From the IMG/VR virus record IMGVR_UViG_3300038314_001147, positions 1 through 64,000 of that record: DNA of 64,000 nucleotides. One strand, written 5' to 3'. Every line of letters starts with the position of its first letter. Positions within the stretch are counted from its first letter, which is position 1. The position numbers and the translations under genes were made by a program. Under the pieces are notes generated by a model. The model was given only the letters and a program-made list of their open reading frames with translations. It was not told where the DNA came from and searched no databases. Origin of the DNA: an uncultured virus (IMG/VR IMGVR_UViG_3300038314_001147) (taxonomy: Duplodnaviria > Heunggongvirae > Uroviricota > Caudoviricetes). Positions 61,173-64,000 of the stretch are shown here, piece by piece.

Positions 61173-61211
61173 TCTTTTGTTATTTTTAAATTAACACTCG
61201 TTGCAAAATTC

Positions 61212-61310
61212 TCTATATATAAATATATATATATATACTATATATAATACATAACATATAACATAGGGTTATAATATAGTATGGTATTATAATAGATAGA
61301 TATATATAAC
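61212..61310. repeat. TA-rich low-complexity tract
   Basis: (TA)n runs and ACATA(T)A repeats. Confidence 0.7.
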
Positions 61311-61409
61311 TGTTGTTACATCAATAAATAGTGTATAAGCATAAGGTTGCACAATAACAACCTCACGCTATAACACCATCCTAATAGGTCTTAATCTCTA
61401 CTTTTAAAG

Positions 61410-61444
61410 AAATAAAAATGAGGGTGCTATCATTTCACACCCTC
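61410..61444 (-). terminator. Intrinsic terminator after ORF 61451..61783
   Basis: GAGGGTGT-loop-GCACCCTC followed by ATTTTTATTT. Confidence 0.65.
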
Positions 61445-61450
61445 TTTACT

Positions 61451-61783
61451 CTAATGCTGCACCTTACTCACCTCACCATTAACTATCTCCACCTCTTGTC
61501 CATCATACGAATACATGTCATCTTCGAAGGATAAGATATCCTTTAGCTGATGTGCATAGCACCATTTGGTTGTAGCTTTTCCTAATTCACCATTATCATC
61601 TAATGTTGTAATCATGAATGTAGCTGTACCAACTGACTTATCCGCCTTCAACGTCCCGAATCTTAAGTTCTCTAAAATTCCACGAGCGTTGAACTCATGC
61701 CAAGCTGTTGAGAAGTCGAGCATTCTACCTTCACCGGCATCAAGCTTTTGCTTGCTTATTCGGCTGTTGTTTGTTCCTGCCAT
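61451..61783 (-). CDS. Hypothetical protein, first gene of the minus-strand block
   Basis: 110 aa with own terminator. Confidence 0.65.
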   Translation of the reverse strand: MAGTNNSRISKQKLDAGEGRMLDFSTAWHEFNARGILENLRFGTLKADKSVGTATFMITTLDDNGELGKATTKWCYAHQLKDILSFEDDMYSYDGQEVEIVNGEVSKVQH

Positions 61784-61885
61784 GTTTTCTCTTTTTGGTT
61801 AATATTCATTTTAACTGTGACGGAGTTGGGGGAGACGCTATAGAGTATGTTGCACGTTTATGCTTATAATTAAAAAAAAATTTTT

Positions 61886-61893
61886 TATCTTTG
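61886..61893 (+). promoter_or_regulatory. Bacteroidota primary-sigma promoter -7 element
   Basis: TATCTTTG-CCAA-ATG at the divergent strand switch. Confidence 0.65.
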
Positions 61894-61897
61894 CCAA

Positions 61898-62101
61898 ATG
61901 AAACATTACCAATACGTAAAAAGAGACCCTAACGGAAAGAGGCGATGGATAGTCAGATACCGGGGGGATGTTATAGAGGAGGTATACCTTGTCTATGATA
62001 GAAGTATGCATGAGGATGAAACTATGCTAACAGATCAGGAGTATATTAATTTAATGGAAGATTATCATGAGAATATTCATACCAGGGAACGTACCAAGTA
62101 G
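61898..62101 (+). CDS. Hypothetical protein
   Basis: 67 aa directly after promoter. Confidence 0.6.
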   Translation: MKHYQYVKRDPNGKRRWIVRYRGDVIEEVYLVYDRSMHEDETMLTDQEYINLMEDYHENIHTRERTK

Positions 62102-62444
62102 TAAGAATAGTAAGCGATGGACGGGTAAAATACTCATTCATTCAAAGACAACAATGAGATATATTAAAGAAAGTAAAGAATTTTATGTAAAATATAAAAA
62201 TAAATTCATATCTTTGCTCAATGAAAGCAACCAACAGAAGCCCTATAGGGTGTCTTTTAAGTTCGTTAGAGGGTCTAAACACAAGTTTGACTATGTGAAC
62301 CCCTTACAGACTGTTCAAGACCTTATGGTGAAGAATGGTTGGTTGGATGATGATAACTGTGAAGAATTGATTCCAGTGTTTGAAGTTTACGAGTATAACA
62401 AAGAAAACCCAGGAGTATATATAAAAATATTAAAAGATGAGTAA
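62067..62444 (+). CDS. RusA-like Holliday junction resolvase
   Basis: 'IPGNVPSSKN', 'FDYVN..QTVQDLM..G.LDDDN'. Confidence 0.75.
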   Translation: MRIFIPGNVPSSKNSKRWTGKILIHSKTTMRYIKESKEFYVKYKNKFISLLNESNQQKPYRVSFKFVRGSKHKFDYVNPLQTVQDLMVKNGWLDDDNCEELIPVFEVYEYNKENPGVYIKILKDE

Positions 62445-62718
62445 ACCAATAGATAAAAACAAGTACTGGATAAAAACAGGTACTGATGTTGCACATAAAG
62501 ACTACCCGAATAGAAAGATGGTAGTAGAGAAAATAGTTAAGACAAGAAAAGAAAAGATATCAGAGACAGGTGAGAAATACACCAAAACCTTCATCGTGGG
62601 AGTCAATTGTCATTGGATGACTGATGACGGATCCTATGGTCGAGGACAATTCTTAACAACGGAATTGATGCCTTTTGATCTTGCGATTGAGGAATTCGCT
62701 AATGAGCCAAAGAGATAA
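62437..62718 (+). CDS. DUF2158/YodC-like small protein
   Basis: 'GTDVAHK..KMVV', 'CHW', 'FLTTEL'. Confidence 0.55.
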   Translation: MSKPIDKNKYWIKTGTDVAHKDYPNRKMVVEKIVKTRKEKISETGEKYTKTFIVGVNCHWMTDDGSYGRGQFLTTELMPFDLAIEEFANEPKR

Positions 62719-63215
62719 TGTTCGAATTTCATAATGGAATAGTAACAATGTCTCCGGAGGCTGAGGGAATACCTGAATTCGCAGCTTTGAAAAGGAGGAA
62801 GAGTTTCGAAAAGATTATTGCATACTTATTTTTCGTTTACGGAAAAAAGTCGCCATATGCGAATCTTTTCGAATATGATAGAAAGTTAATAGTATCTACT
62901 GACAGGCTGGGAGACCCGCAAGAATACAAAAGAATAGAAGAACAAAAAGGAGTAACACAAGCAGTAGAAAAATATTTAAAATTACAACTAACACCAAAAG
63001 AACAGCTTTTAGCTGGAGTAAAAAGAAAAATTGAGGAGTATTTAAAGTTTTGGGATAGCACCCATATAGACGAAGAAAATTACAAAATAGTATCAGACAG
63101 TTTAGACGGAGCAAATAAACTTCTCAAGTTGCAAAAGGAAATAGAACTACAAGTCAATGAAGAGGCTACAGAAACAAAAATAGTTGGTGGAGGTAAGACA
63201 AATTTATTTGAATAA
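62718..63215 (+). CDS. Helical hypothetical protein
   Basis: 165 aa; 'YLFFVY..KSPY', C-terminal 'GGGK..LFE'. Confidence 0.6.
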   Translation: MFEFHNGIVTMSPEAEGIPEFAALKRRKSFEKIIAYLFFVYGKKSPYANLFEYDRKLIVSTDRLGDPQEYKRIEEQKGVTQAVEKYLKLQLTPKEQLLAGVKRKIEEYLKFWDSTHIDEENYKIVSDSLDGANKLLKLQKEIELQVNEEATETKIVGGGKTNLFE

Positions 63216-63403
63216 TGGATTATAATAATATACCAGATATAAGATGGGAAACGTCACACACTTTAGGTGAGAATGTTGATACCGTGATTGAGTTTACCGA
63301 AGAAATAAAAAGAGAACTCAATATAGCAGAAGAATTAGAGCTTTGTACTCTTGCTATTAAAATACTTAATAACCTTAAAATTAAAAAAAAAGATGGGAAT
63401 TAG
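63215..63403 (+). CDS. Hypothetical protein
   Basis: 62 aa, TAATG coupling. Confidence 0.55.
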   Translation: MDYNNIPDIRWETSHTLGENVDTVIEFTEEIKRELNIAEELELCTLAIKILNNLKIKKKDGN

Positions 63404-63737
63404 TTTAAATGGATCACGAATTGGAATTTTTAGCAATTCCAAACCCCTCCCTCAAACAGGAGGAGCAGGAAAGTTTTTTGGACCAACCAAAGGTGGCTTT
63501 TATACCCCACAAGGATTTTCTTCAGTAATGCTTTCAGCACGACCTTATGCTATTCATGTATATAATGCTCTTAGTGAAGAATATGAATGGCAGTCTGCTG
63601 AACCTTGCTGTATCGCACCTCCTACTACTGGAGAAGGATACGATGACAACCAAACTGGATTTAACTATAACGGTGGTGGATCAGGTTTTGGATCTGGCAA
63701 GCATAGTACTGGTGAGCTGAAACCTTGTTGTGGCTAA
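63393..63737 (+). CDS. Gly-rich hypothetical protein
   Basis: ATG start MGISLNG within the 63351..63737 ORF. Confidence 0.55.
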   Translation: MGISLNGSRIGIFSNSKPLPQTGGAGKFFGPTKGGFYTPQGFSSVMLSARPYAIHVYNALSEEYEWQSAEPCCIAPPTTGEGYDDNQTGFNYNGGGSGFGSGKHSTGELKPCCG

Positions 63738-64000
63738 TGGCTAGGGCATCTAAACATGATGAACTTATAAAGCTATTAGAAAATATTAAAGATAATCTTC
63801 CTAACGGGGAGATAGTCTTTCTGAAAAAAAGAGTGCTCAATATAGAAAAACGCCAGGAAACTATGTGCGGAAGAATAAAAGAAATACATGAGTTTACATC
63901 ATCAGCTAATGGGCTGGCGGGAGATATACGAAATCTGAAAGGATTTAAATCGAGGGTTAACAAAATGTTTACCGGTATGTATATATTTATTGCAGGAATA
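63737..64000 (+). CDS. Coiled-coil protein with start of a hydrophobic segment, possibly holin-like (3'-partial)
   Basis: MARASKHDELIK...MFTGMYIFIAGI, open to the window end. Confidence 0.55.
   Translation, partial: MARASKHDELIKLLENIKDNLPNGEIVFLKKRVLNIEKRQETMCGRIKEIHEFTSSANGLAGDIRNLKGFKSRVNKMFTGMYIFIAGI

Noticed and set aside
43135..61802. Plus-strand ORFs within the minus-strand block (e.g. 43135, 50983, 55896, 58510, 61566)
   Set aside because: Antisense shadows of better-supported genes
62837..63963. Minus-strand ORFs 62837, 62896 and 63661
   Set aside because: Antisense to a tightly coupled plus-strand operon

Overview
AT-rich segment of a crAss-like (Crassvirales-type) podophage, probably infecting a Bacteroidota host (TAnnTTTG promoters, SprB repeats, DUF4846-like lipoprotein). 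All family assignments are by motif recognition, not database searches. Three blocks: (i) + strand 1-42.7 kb: IHF-like gene, tail tubular and tail stabilisation proteins, probable ejected cargo proteins, a 6790-aa polyprotein (SF1 helicase + RecB-type nuclease + two HExxH zincin motifs + DxDxD virion RNA polymerase), Cys-rich tail/adhesin proteins, 2OG-Fe(II) oxygenase, metallophosphoesterase; (ii) - strand 42.7-61.8 kb: replication/early genes (primase, DnaB, PD-(D/E)xK nuclease, SSB-like, AAA_24, HU, MoxR+VWA, many small ORFs), no recognisable DNA polymerase, and several long G-U-containing RNA hairpins including a four-hairpin array at 59.0-59.4 kb; (iii) + strand from 61.9 kb: start of another operon (RusA-like resolvase etc.). 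A 10-N scaffold gap lies at 30213-30222. No tRNA, rRNA, CRISPR array or integrase seen.
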